Assembly: GCF_009834535.1 (NCBI RefSeq)
Contig: NC_045697.1
Location: 29,018,001-29,082,000 of the forward strand
Reading direction: 5' to 3'
DNA from: Camelus ferus
Lineage: Eukaryota
DNA length: 64,000 nt
Notes under the pieces: model-generated
Told to the model about the DNA's origin: nothing
The model's database searches: none
Seen by the model: only the letters and a program-made list of their open reading frames with translations
In this document: positions 36,674-49,434 of the stretch, one piece after another
Position numbering within the stretch: the stretch's first letter is position 1
Layout of the letters: each line of letters begins with the position of its first letter
Made by a program: the position numbers and the translations under genes

Positions 36674-39600
36674 ATCCTTTGTATTTTTGTGGTGTTGTTT
36701 GTAACTTCTTTTTCATTTCTGATTTTATTAATTTGAGCCATCTCTCTTTTTTTCTTGATGAGCCTGGCTAATGGTTTATTAATTTACTTATCTTTTCAAA
36801 GAACCAGCTTTTAGTTTCATTGATCTTTTCTACTTTTTTTTTTCAGTCTCTCTTTGATTTATTTCTGCTCTGAGCTTTATGACTTTTTTCCCTTCTACTA
36901 ACTTTGGGTTTTGTTTATTCTTCTTTCTCTAATTGCTTTAGGTGTGAGGTTAGGTTGTTTGAGATTGTTCTTGTTTCCTGAGGTAAGCTTGTATTGCTGT
37001 AAACTTCCCTCTTAGAACTATTTTGCTTTATTGTAGATGTTTTGGATCATTGTGTTTTTGTTTTCATCTGTCTCTAAGTATTTTTTGACTTCCTCAGTGA
37101 TGCATTGGTTGTTTAGTAGCATGTTGTTTAGCCTCCATGTGTTCAAGGTTTTTGCAGTTTTTTCCTATAGTTGATTTCTAACCCCATAGTGTTGTGGTCA
37201 GAAGAGATGCTTGATATGATTTCAATTTTCCTAAATTTACCAAGGCCTGTTTTGTGGGCCAGCATATGATCTATCCTGGAGAATGTTCCACGTGCACTTC
37301 AGAAGAAAGTGTATTCTGCTGCTTTGGGATGGAATGCTCTATAAACGTAAGTCTATCTGGTCTAATGTGTCATTTAAGCCTGTGTTTCCTTATTGATTCG
37401 TCTGGATGATCTGTCCTTTGATGTAAGTAAGATGTTAAGATCCTCCACTATTACAGTGTTACTGTCAATTTCTCCTTTTATGCCTGTTAACTGTAGCTTT
37501 GTGAGGTGCTCCTATGTTGGGTGCATGTGTATTTACAATTGTTACATCTTCTTCTTGGATTGATCCCTTGAGTATTATGTAGTTTCCTTCTTTGTCTCTT
37601 GTGAGAGTCTTTATTTTAAATTCTATTTTGACTGATATAAGTATTGCTACTCTAGCTTTCTTTTGGTTTCCTTTTGTATAAGATAACTTCTTCCATCCTC
37701 TCACTTTCAGCCTGTATGTGTCCCTAGCTCTGAAGTGGGTCTCTTATAGACAGCATATAATGTGTCTTGTTTTTGTATCTGTGCAGCCAGTCTATGTCTT
37801 TTGATTGGAGTGTTTAATCTATTTACATTTAAGGTAATTATCAATATACTTTTTGCTATTTTGTTAATCATTTTGGATTTGTTTTTGTAGATCTTTTTTT
37901 CCTTTTCTTCTTTTTGTTCTCTTCTCTTGTGATTTGATGACTGTAGCATTACATTTGGATTCCTCTTTTTTGTGTGTACATCTATTATAGATTTTTGGTT
38001 TTCAGTTATCATGAGATTTTGGTACAGAAGTCTATATATATATACATGATTGTTTTAAGTTGCTGATCTCTTAATTTCAAATGCATTTTAGATACCCTGC
38101 ATTTGTACTCTCCTCCCCTCATGATGACTGGTTTTAATATCATTTTACATCTAATTGTTTTATGCATCCCTTAACCACTTATTGTGGATACAGATGATTT
38201 TACTACTTTTGTCTTTTAACTTCTCTATTAGTTTGTGTGTGCATGATTTCCTACCTTTATGTTTGCCATTATGGTGACATTTTCCATTTTGTAATTTTCT
38301 TGTTTCTAGTTGTGGCCTTTTCTTTTTACCTAGAGAAGTTCCTTTAGCATTTGTTGTGAAGCTGATTTAGTGGTGCCATTTCTTTAAGCTTTTGCTTATC
38401 TGTAAAGCTTTTGATTTCTCCATCAAATCTGAACAAGAGCCTTGATGGATAGAGTCTTCTTGGTTGTAGGTTTTTCCCTTTCATCACTTTAAATATATCT
38501 TGCTGCTCCCTTTTGTCTTGCAGAGTTTCTGCTGAAAAATCAGCTGAAAATCTTATGGGAGTTTCCTTGTATGCTATTTGTTGCTTTTTTCTTGCTGCTT
38601 TTAATATTTTCTCCTTATCTTTAATTTTTGCCAATTTTGATTGCTGTGTGCCTTAATGTGTTCCTCTTTGGATTGATCCTGAATGGGACTCTCTGTGCTT
38701 CCTGAACTTAATTGACTGTTTCCTTTCCCAAGTTAGGGATGTTTTCAGCATTAGCTCTTCAAATATTTTCTCAGGTCCTTTCTGTCTCTCTTCTGGGACC
38801 CCTATAATGCAAATATTAGTGTGCTTCAAGTTGTCTCAGAGTTCTCTTAAACTATCCTAATTTCTTTTCATTCTTTTTTCTGTTCTGTGGCAATGATTTC
38901 CACTACTCTGTCTTCTAGCTCACTGATTTGTTCTTCTGCCCCATTTAGTATATTCTTGGTTCCTTCTAATGTATTATTCATTTCAGTAATTGTATTCTTC
39001 AACTCTGTTTGGCTGTTCTTTATATTTTCCAACTCTTTGCTAAAAACTTCTCCCTGTGCATCTATTCTTTTCCTGAGTTCTTTGATCATCTTCACAATCA
39101 TTACTCTGAACTCTTTCTCAGGTAGATTGCCTATCTCCTGATCACTTATTTCTTCTGAGATTTTATCTTGTGCCTTTGCCTGGAACATATTCCTCTGCCG
39201 CTTCATTTTGTCTGAATTTCTATTTGTATTTTTAGGTAGGATAGTACATTTCTTGACCTTGGAGAAGTGGCCCTCTGTGGGAAATGTCCCATGTGTCCCA
39301 GCAGTGCAATCCCCTCTTGTCACCCAAGGGCACGGTCCAGCTGGTCCCAGGTAGGGTCTGGCCTGTGTTTGCAGACTCTTTCCATAAGCTGTAGGAGTGT
39401 TGTTTTCTTACCTCTGGTGTCTGCCCCCTGGTGGGTGAGACTGGACTAGAGGCTTATGCAGGTTTCCTGGTGGAAGAGGTCAGTGCCTGCCCACTGGTGG
39501 GTGGAGCTTGGCCCTCTGGTGGGTAGGGCCATATCCAAGGGTGTGTCTTGAGGTAGTTGTGGGCTCAGGAAGTCTGCTGATGGGTGGGGCTGTGTTCCCA

Positions 39601-39910
39601 CCCAGTATGTTGTTTGGCCTGATGTGTCCCAGCACTTAAGCCTACAGGCTGTTGGGTGAGGCCAGGTCTTGGTGCTAATGACCCAAGGAAGATGTCAGCC
39701 TCCAGGAAAGCTCATGTAGATGAATATTCCCCAAATGTCCTTCACCAGCTTTTATATCCCCAGGGTGAGCCATAACTTCTCCCCACCGCCCCAGGAGACC
39801 TTCCAAAACCAGTAGGCAAGTCTGGCTCAGGTTCCTATGAAATCACTGCGTCTGCCCTTGGCCCTAGTGCATGTGAGATTCTGTGTGCACTCCTTAAGAG
39901 AGTGAAGTCT

Positions 39911-40009
39911 CATTCATAGATGACCTGCTTCTGGGTTGGGGTTTCACAAGTAGCAGAGCAGCTCCCTCACTGCAATTTATTGAAAGTCAGCCCTTGACAC
40001 AAGAGTTTG
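39911..40009 (+). pseudogene. Retrocopy of the 3' terminal ~99 nt of 28S rRNA (SINE28-like) with A-rich tail
   Basis: cattcatagatgacctgcttctggg...tattgaaagtcagcccttgacacaagagtttg matches the recalled 28S 3' end; differences are mostly CpG decay; A-rich tail 40010-40046. Confidence 0.9.
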
Positions 40010-40774
40010 AAAAAATTTTAAAAATAATAAGAAAACAAACAAAAAAGAGGCTCTGTTTCCCTCAGTCCTGTGGTGCTTCTGCAGTTAAGCCCTGCTGGTC
40101 TTCAAGACCAAATGCTCTGGGGGCTCCCCCTTCTGATGCCGAACCCCTGGGCTGGGGAGCCTGATGTGGAGCTCAAGACTCTCATTCTTGTGGAGGGCCT
40201 CTGCAATGTAATTTTTCTCCAGCTTGTGAATCACCCCTGGAGGGGTATGGGACCCAATCATATCAGGAAAGCGCCCATCCTACTGTCCCACTCTGGCTCC
40301 CTCTTTGTGTTTCCAGTTGAAGAAGGTCTTTTTTAGTAGGTTCTGGTCTTTTATATATATATATATGGTTGTTTAGCAGTCAGTTGTAATTTTGTTGTGA
40401 TCATGAGAGGAGGTGAGCTCGTGGTCCTACTACTGTGCCATCTTAACCAGAAGTCTGTTTTCTTCTTTAATTTAATCATGGAAGTACTTTTTGTAACTTA
40501 CAGTTGCATTTGGCTGCAAATAACAGAAAACCCAAAGGACTATGACTTAAGCATATAGAGGTTATTCATCTACACAAGCATAAATCCAGACTTACAATTC
40601 CAGGGGTGTTTCCATGTTTCCCCTGTGTTGTTTTAAGGCACTAAATTCTAAGTTTGCAGTAATTAGTTACAGCAACAATAGGAAACTAATACAGTACCCA
40701 GTGAACAACTCTATGTATATAACTTTTTTCCATATTTTAGACTATTTGTCTGAGATAGCCATATTGAGACAGTC

Positions 40775-41270
40775 CTATTGAACCATGTCAAAAAATTTGA
40801 ATTTCATTCTAAAAACACTGGGGAGCATACAAGGATTTCAAGCAAGGGAGTGATAGTTCTGAAACACAAACCTGAATCTAAGACTGTGGTGACAGAAGAT
40901 TGTAGAGAAAAGAGAGAAGAGGCAGAGAGAGCTACTGGAATTTCTTTTTTAAAACCAGTTCAGGAATTGATAATGAAGGCTTGGCGCAAGATGGTGGGAA
41001 TAAGAAAATGGCTCACAAAGTATTTATGAACTAGAATAGACAGGACTTGGTGACCACTTGGATGTGGGGTTAGGGGGAGGGTGGCACTGAGAAGGATTCT
41101 GAGCTTTCTATCTCAGGTGACTGAGGCAAGGAGTAAACAGGACCAGGTTTGGGAGGAAAGAATTCTATTTAAGAACATCTTGAGTTGGAAATGCTTATGG
41201 GACATTCTGATGGCGATATCTAGGAAGTAATTGAACATGGGTTTGGAACTTTGGAGACAAGTGAAAGCTT
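40775..41270 (-). mobile_element. L2 fragment
   Basis: gacaggacttggtgaccacttggatgtgggg...tgagttggaaatgcttatgggacattc. Confidence 0.6.
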
Positions 41271-42579
41271 TTATAAAAAAAAGCTTAAAAAATGTATACT
41301 CAGGTTAAATGTTAAAATATTCATTAAGTGATTTCAGTGGGAAAGACACTTGTTACAAACTGTGAGAGGCTCAAACGAACAGAAACACATTCTTCACCAG
41401 AATTCCAGAAGCTTGTACTATCATGCGTCACTAAAGCAATTACCTTGTTATGCTGACATTTCTCCACTCACATCTACTTCCTCAAGCACACTGAGATCCT
41501 CTCCAAGCCCAGGGCCCTGAAGATCTATCATTATTCTCTTTTTATCCTTTGTGGGCAGTAAAGAGTGACTATGGGGTCATTAGCTATTAAACACTTATTG
41601 AAAGGATGAGTGAGTGAAAGGAAGACCTATAAGAGGGTCCGACAAAACGCTAGGAAGTTTAGACTGTGAAAGGGCCCCCATCACATACAATATACAAAAT
41701 ACATTCCAGATGAATTCAAGACTGACGTAAAAACAAACAAAACAAAAACAAAAGGCTTGTGAGAAAATCTAGTTGACTTTCTGAATAAAAGTCTCCACCT
41801 CAATAAATGTTAAGATGTAGTGACTGCTATGAAAGAGGAGTCCACGGCTCCCTGAAGGAGAGAAACCCCGGGGACTGGCTTGGATTGGGTGGGGTGGTTG
41901 GCCTGCGGGGGGAGTGGCATTTCAGATGGGATCTGAGCAGGAGAAGGAGTTAGCCAGGATAAGACTTGGGGAGAGTGCCAGGTTGCAGGTGGAGGAAAGA
42001 TCAGAATTCAGGCTCAAGGGCAGAACAGAGCTTATTGTTATTTGAGAATGAGAAAGGAGGCCCGCAGGGTAGGGGTGGAACCAGCCACCTGCTAAGGACA
42101 CGAACGAGGAGACTGGCAAGGTGAGCAAGGCTGGGTCACACGGAGCCTTGCAAAGTTTAAAAAACACCTGTCTGACTGCTTTGGTGCAATGAAGAGTGCC
42201 TGGGTTTGTTGAGGACCTGACCTTTGTTCTTTTTCCTTCTTTAACCTTTGTGTCTACTTTTACATCAGTTCACTGCTCAGACCAACACTTGCCAATACAG
42301 CCATGGGCAAACCTGGCAAATGGACTACCTTGGTCAAACTGGAAACACAGGTTCTAGAATGTCTTGAGCAACAGTGGTGAGGCCAATGGTAATGTCATCA
42401 ACTCTAGAGGCTAGCAAAGAGCTCCCGCCTATTTCTTCCTTCCTCTGAGATCTCATCTTTGAACCTTGGCTGTTAAAACTCCATGAGCTTGTCAGTATAT
42501 CCAAGCCTTAACAAATAAACCCTGTGACAAAACCTCCCTTGTCTTTGAATATTTCTCTCTCCTCTTCCCAGCCAAGATT

Positions 42580-43030
42580 CCTCCCCACATCATTCAGGGT
42601 TCCAGCAGGACACAGTGTGCTCAAAGTTGAATAATTTGAGTAAGGTTTAATAAGGGACTATTCACAAAGGTGTGAGCAGGATGTAGAGAAACAGAGGGGG
42701 TGGTAGAAAGCCCTATGGCTAGCAAAGCAGAGCTGTTATCAGTCTGAGTTCTGAGAGGAAGCAGGAGGGAGTAGTTACTGAACCCTACTGGAGAAGGCTG
42801 TGAACTTCTGTTGAGTGAATGCAGCAGACCCTACAGAGCAGTAGCTGGGGGAGTATATACCCCTACTCCCTCTCCTTCTTCCTTCTAATCTCCTCCCAGG
42901 GGTCACGATTGGCCAAACTCAAGAAAGTCATGGGAACTTGTTGATGTCATTGTGTATCTGGGACAGAGAGCAGAGTGGTGAAGGGTAGAGTGTGGATCTG
43001 GAAGGACAGTGGGGAATCACCTGGCACATG
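42580..43030 (-). mobile_element. Old ERVL-type LTR fragment
   Basis: cagggttccagcagga...tttaataagggactattcacaaaggtgtg...gattggccaaactc. Confidence 0.45.
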
Positions 43031-44679
43031 CCCTCCCTCTTTGATTTCACTCTACATTTAAAAGTGGGAATGACTGACACCAATTGGGGTCCCAAGAGAA
43101 TTCCCAGAAGAGTTAAGACTTAAAAGCCAGGCAAGATTTTTCCAAACAGAAAGAAGAGATAAATCTCTAATTTTGTCCAGAGAGTAACAAAAATATTTTA
43201 GAATGGAAGATAATCTTCCATCCAAGAAAAATAATTTAAGGAAAGATAAACAGATGATTAACTGTAAATTTTGTAGAGTTTTTACAGCTTCATCAATCTG
43301 CATTTGTCTTTAAATAGAGGCAGTTGCAAACTGGCAAATGGAAATGTTTTCTTTTTTATTGTCTTAATGGAACACTATTTTTTTTAGTCATGGGAGTTTT
43401 TAGAAGTGGATGCTCCATTTCTTTTGAGGGATTTTTTTTTTTAAGTATTATGGTTCTAATTGATTTGAGTATTGATCATATTTGTCATTTCTGGATAGAG
43501 AATGAAATATTTTAAAAATTTTGCTCCCTTGGTAAATTAAGAAAAAATAGTTCAGTACTCCTATGTCTCTGCCGAAGACCCAGGAACAGATTAAACACAA
43601 CATAAGAAATGGTGACTTAAAATATGCTTGACAGCGAAAGAAGTGAGAGACAGTACTTTTTAAGCATTCCCTTTGCTTTGTTATAATTTACTCACAGTCA
43701 GTTTTATGGCCCACATAGTAGGTGGTTTCCAAAATCATTCCTTTAAGAAGTCTACTGCCTTCGGTTAAATGAACATATTTTGTAATTATTTGAAAAGATA
43801 GAACGAAAGACTGTAATCAGATACTGTTCAGAGCAACTATTTCTACTAAAAGTGAAAATTAACTGTGGGAAAGCACAGGAAGAACAGAAGAGAAGCAAAA
43901 AAATGTGAGTTTATATCCCAAAGACCTTGTCTGTGATAAATGACAGCAATAATGTTAATGGAACTTTTAAACCGACCCTAAAAATGGTCTGTTAACAAAT
44001 AAACGCAAAAAAGCTAATCTGGACAGAACGCTTAATGCCATTTATGTTGCCGGTACATTACTTTAGCATAGAAGAATCCCGGCATCTATTAAGGTATCTG
44101 AGCTGATAGTTGCTATCAAGGAACCAGATTATCTGAAACGAATTTATAGAATAAGAGTCAGTATGGAACAATACACCTGAAATTATTCACAATTAGGACG
44201 ATTTTATCATAAAATATAGTGTATTTTCCACTCCATCTTAAGGGGGTACAGTCAGAAAGTTGCAAAACCACCACATTATAAGGGTTTTCACCTGTAGCAG
44301 GCTTCCAGAGACTCTGGATGTTGTCTAAGGCTTCCTTGTGTGAGGGGGAAGAGGGAACACAGTCTCTGAAAAGACTCTGGCTTCTTTAAAACGTGACTTC
44401 CATATTTTGTAAATTCAGTGATCCTCATTCTCTTCAAAACAAAATCGCTATTATAGTAAGGTTCACAATGAACCCTCTCTGATCAAAGTGTTCTTCTTTA
44501 TGCAACAAAATCTTGTTCTGCCTTGACTAAAGGAAAGATTACAACTTCCTCCAGCTATATCAATTTGGCTTATGAGTGGTAGTTTTCTGTTTTCTTTCAT
44601 GAGATATGTAACCACACAACCAAATCCTATACTGCTATGATGAAAGGTAACACCCAGAAATCTGACTTAGTTTTACATT

Positions 44680-45525
44680 TAAAAACTGACTTCTTTTCAC
44701 CCCACTCAACTGAAACTGCTCTCACCAAGTGCACCATCTGGGAGTTGCCCAATCAACTGGCTACTTCTGAGGCCTCTCTGCTGCCTTCAGCACAACTGAC
44801 CACTTCCTCCTTCTTGATGTGCTTCTCTCTTCTCTTCTGTGCTACCACTTTCTGCTTCAATGGCTTGTTCTCAGAACTCCTTGCTGGCTCGAAGTCCTCC
44901 TCTTCTGGTAAATCTTGGTGTCCCCACTGTTCCATCCTCTTCTCTCCTAGCTGTGTTTTTTAATACCACACATCCTAATGATTCTCAAAATCACTTGTCC
45001 AGTCTTGCTCTCCCCTTAGCTCCAAACCCAATATATTCTTCATGTCAACTAAGTATTGCTGCCTGAATGTCTCGCAAACTTTCAAACTCAGTGTGACCCA
45101 AACTAAGTTCATGATCTATACTGCCATCCAAGTCTACTCCTCCCCCTGTGTTTCTGTGTCATTCAGCTGTACCACCACCAACTCTACCATCCAGGCTAGA
45201 AATCAGGCAGTCATTCTGGATTCTTATCTAACCCAACATCAAGCCAAACACTGATCCTGTTGTTTCTACCTGCTAAATGGTTCTCAAATTGGTCCTCTTC
45301 TCTCTATGCCCCTGGCAATTGCCTAATTTCAGGTTTCTGTCATCTTTTCCTGGACTGTTGTAGTAGTAACTTAACTGGGCCTCCTGTCCCTGGTTTCTTT
45401 TCTTTCTACCCCATCTTCTTCTCTGCTTCCAAATTGATTTTGTGGCTCTTGCACCTAAAACTTTAAAATGACTAACTAAATACCTACTAGTTGGATAAAG
45501 TCCAACTTCCTTAATATGATATAGC
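44680..45525 (+). mobile_element. L2 fragment
   Basis: ccactcaactgaaactgctctcaccaag...cttcagcacaactgaccacttcctcc. Confidence 0.65.
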
Positions 45526-46213
45526 AGAGATTTAAAATGTGTGTTTTTTCTTTTCTGCTGCTCTAGTAATAGGTGTTCCTTTGTTCACCCCAGGAGTGTA
45601 AACTAACTTGTCGGCATAGAAATTAACCACCCTACTATCTCTTGCAAGGGAAGTTATCAGACCTTTACTGTTGTGAGACTCTGAGGCCCCTGGGAGCAAT
45701 CAAAATAAGACCTTAGGTGTTTGATGGTTAAAAAGAAGCAGCAGGGCTGGCTTCCCACCTGGGCATGTGACTCAGGCCGAACTAGATATGTACCCTCACC
45801 TGAGACCTTGGTTCTTTTTTGGGAGGTAGGGGAGGTAATTGAGACCTTGATTCATAAATTTTATATGGAAGAATGAATACTAAATACCAACAGCCAAGAA
45901 AAATATGCAAAAGAAGACTGTGAGGAGTACTTGCCTGAGAAGATATTGACTAGGACTAGGCTAGGAATAGGCAAAAAGCAAACAAACAAAATCAGTGGAA
46001 ATGAATTGAGAATCCGGAAATGGATCTCAGTGTATGTGAGGATGTGATACGTGACCATGAGGGTAGTTCAGATCAGTGGGGAAAGGGAAATATTTTTTAA
46101 AATGGGGACTCTTATCTTAAATAAGATACAAATATGAATTCAAGATGGATTAAATATGTAAAAATAAAAAACAAAATCAAATGATATAAATTCTGTAAGA
46201 AAAATCTAGGAGG

Positions 46214-47915
46214 ACATCAGCAAGATGGTGGACTCTGAGGTCCCCTACCTGTGTTCCCCCTCAGCAACAATAACTTTGCAGCTTCTCACAGACAAAAGTG
46301 TCTTTGTGAGAGTGCTGTAGGATCCAGACAGGAGCCTATGAAACCCTAGACTGAGGAGAGCCATTTTGAGAAGGCAGGCACATGTCCGGGTGGCAGATTC
46401 ACCAACCATGGTCCTGGTTACAGACCTGGAAATAATCCCTGTGGACTCAGCTACAGCTCGATTGTGGTTGGCCTTGGCCCTGCCACCAGCATCATCTGAC
46501 AACAGACCTGGCAGGAGACATGCCCATCCATGTAGGTAGGCCTGCCAAACTCAGTCAAACTACAGATCTTGAAAGGACCTGCAATTAGGCCACAGCCCCT
46601 CTCAGCCATGGGCCAGGAATATGCCTGTCTGCCCAGGGGCCCACCAGGAGACATGCCCATCCCCACCTACAGAGACATACCTGTTGACCTCAGTTCAACT
46701 GCCATCCTAAAGTGACCCTATGACTCTGTTCCAGCCCCTTTCAACTGCAGTCCAGGAGCAGCCCTGCCCATGCAGAGACCCAGTGGGAGACACACTCCTC
46801 CATGTCCCCAAAGGCAGGCCCACCAACCTTGGTCTGACAGCAGATTCTAAAACAACCCTATGACCTGGCTCAGGTCCTCTCAGCCTCCAGGGCCAGTCTG
46901 TCCTCCCAGGGACTTTATACCTCAAGGAACTAGAAAAAAATGAAGAACAAACTAAGCCCAAAGTTAGCAAAAGAAAGGCAATAACAAAGATTAGAGAAGA
47001 AATAAATAAAATAGAGACTAGAAAGACTATACCAAAGATCAATAAAACTCAGGATTGTTGTTTTTTTTTTTTTGAAAAGATGAACAAAATTGACAGATCT
47101 TTAACTAGATTAATCAAGAAAAAAGAGAGAGGACTTGAATAAATTTATAAATCAAGGAGGAAAGTTACAACTGATACTACAGAAATACAAAGGATCATAA
47201 GAACAATTATACGCCAACAAATCGGATAGCCTAGGAGAAATAGATAAATTCCTAGAAACACACAACTGAATCCTGAAGAAATATTCTTAAATGACCAATA
47301 ACAAGTAAAGAGATTGAATCAGTAATCAAAAACCTTTCAACAAAGAAAAGCCCAGGACCAGATGGCTTTACTGGTGAATTCTGCCAAATATTTAAGGAAG
47401 AATTAATACCAATTCTTCTCAAATTCTTAAAAAAAAAATGAAGAGGAGAGATCACTTTCAAACTCATTTTATGAGACCAGCATTACCTTTAAACCAAAGC
47501 CAGGTAAGGACACTACAAGAAAAGAAGACTATAGGCCAACATACCTGATGAACATAGGTGCAAAAATCCTCAGCAAAATATTGGCAAACTGCCTTCAACA
47601 GCACATTAAGAGGATCATACACTATGATCAAGTGGGATTTATTCCTGGGGTTCAAATCAATACACATGATACACCACAATAACAGAATGCAGAATTATAA
47701 TCTTCATCTTAAATGTTCTCACCCCAAACACACACAAAATAGTAACTTGTAAGGCAATGGATGTATTAATTAACTTGATTGTGGTAATCATTTCACAATG
47801 TGTGCATATATTAAACCATAATGAGACACCTTAAAAATCAGATTATACTACCTAAATATATATAATTTTCATTTTTTATAATAAAATTTATAGTTTCCTT
47901 AATAAGTCTGATTGA
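46214..47915 (+). mobile_element. Internally deleted L1 with both ends and TSD
   Basis: caagatggtg 5' start; GC-rich UTR to ~46911; ORF2 piece 46912-47700; L1MA-like 3' end; TSD aaaaat(c/t)taggagg. Confidence 0.75.
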
Positions 47916-47952
47916 AAAAATTTAGGAGGCTACATGTAAGTGGCAGAGGAGT

Positions 47953-48207
47953 TTTTTTTTTAATTGAGGTATAATTGATATATGACATATTAATTTCAGG
48001 TATACAACACAATGATTCTATAATTGTATATGTTGTGAAATGATTACCACAATAAGTCTAGTTAACATCTGTCACCATATATAGTTACAATGTTTTTTCT
48101 TGTGATGCAAGCTTTTAAGATCTACTCTCTTAGCCACTTTAAAATACACAATAGAGTCTCATAAACTGTAGTCACTGTGCTGTACATTATAGCCCCATAA
48201 CTTATTT
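47953..48207 (-). mobile_element. L1 3' end fragment
   Basis: tttttttttaattgaggtataattga...tgtgaaatgattaccacaataagtctagttaacatc. Confidence 0.75.
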
Positions 48208-48214
48208 GAGACCT

Positions 48215-49110
48215 TCTTAATATGAACTAGAAATCAGAAGCTATAAAAGAAAAGACAGACATATTCAATGACATGGAAACTATAAATTTTTATGACAAAA
48301 ATATAATAAATATAGTAAATGAAAAAGTCAAATGATAAATGATAGACTTGGACATGCCATTAATACTGGTAATATTCAAAACTCTTACAAATGGATCAAA
48401 AAGAGTAAACAATCCAATCAAAACAATGAACAGGATAAAAAGACAATTCAAGAAAGGCAAATTGATATGGCTAAAAAACATATAAAAGTTGCTAAAATAC
48501 ACACATAGTCCAGAAATGCAATTTAAAGTAATGCTATCTCATTTTTTACCAAGCTTGTTGGCATATATTTAAAAAGAGCTTGATATCTATGGCTGGTGGG
48601 AAGGGTTGAGGGCAGAGGGGGCTACTCTCATACACCATAAGTGGAAATGTGAAGTGCTATAATATTTTTGGGAAGCAACCTGGCAACATTTTAAAGTATT
48701 AAAAGTATGTCCTACACCACAAAAATTCCACACCTGGGAATCTAGCCCACAGAAATAGAAGCCAAGGAAGGCAAGAATATACGTCCAGAGATCTCTAATA
48801 CTTATAATTCCCATCAACAGGGAAATGGTTGGGTAAAATATGGTATATTTATAGGATGGAATTTTAATGCAGTCAATAAAAAGAATATTTAGAGATATAG
48901 CAATTGAAATGGAGGGCTTTCTACAAGATTTTGTAGAGAAAAGAAATATATGTAAAATATCTACAATATGATGACATTTTTATAAAATAAACAATGACAA
49001 AATATATATGTATATAAATATGATTGATTACCTAAGCTTGAAGAAAAATGTGGAAGAATAAATACCAGAGTATTAACAAGGTTAGCTGGGGTAAGGGTGC
49101 TGATTGAAAC
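48215..49110 (+). mobile_element. Ancient L1M fragment (continues 45860-46200)
   Basis: gaagctataaaagaaaagacagac...ttttggaagcaacctggcaaca...ggaaatggttgggtaaaatatggtat. Confidence 0.55.
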
Positions 49111-49434
49111 TAGTTGAAAGGGGAGAAAGGAAGGAAGGAGCCAAACAAAAAAGAGAAAGAGGATTCACTAAAAAAAAGTCAGTGCTTTTGTATATCAAGA
49201 CAAAATTTTGAAGAATTAAAAATATTCACATTAAGTAAAGCCTCTGCTGTTCTCCCAGTTTGTTTATCACTCCCTCCTTTGTGTTGTCTCTACAGCATGT
49301 ACAGATTTCTATGTTCACACCAAGCACTACAATTTTGTAATTTAAAAATGTCCACAGCTGTCTTAGATTGTGAGGATCTTGATGACAGAAATTGTATCTT
49401 ACTTATCTTCATACATCTCATCATCAAGTTGGGT

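Larger units (their letters stand above)
33830..40455 (-). mobile_element. Near full-length decayed L1 (5'UTR, ORF1, ORF2)
   Basis: 5' start (g)ttaagatggc on the minus strand at ~40446; ORF1 remnants 38344-39323 (KEKILKAAR..., ADFSAETLQ); ORF2 endonuclease/RT remnants 33969-38012 with many frameshifts. Confidence 0.93.

Noticed and set aside
39911..40009. Functional rRNA gene
   Set aside because: Only the 3' terminal 99 nt are present, with CpG decay and an A-tail.
33830..40455. Active L1
   Set aside because: ORF1 and ORF2 are broken by many stops, frameshifts and nested insertions.
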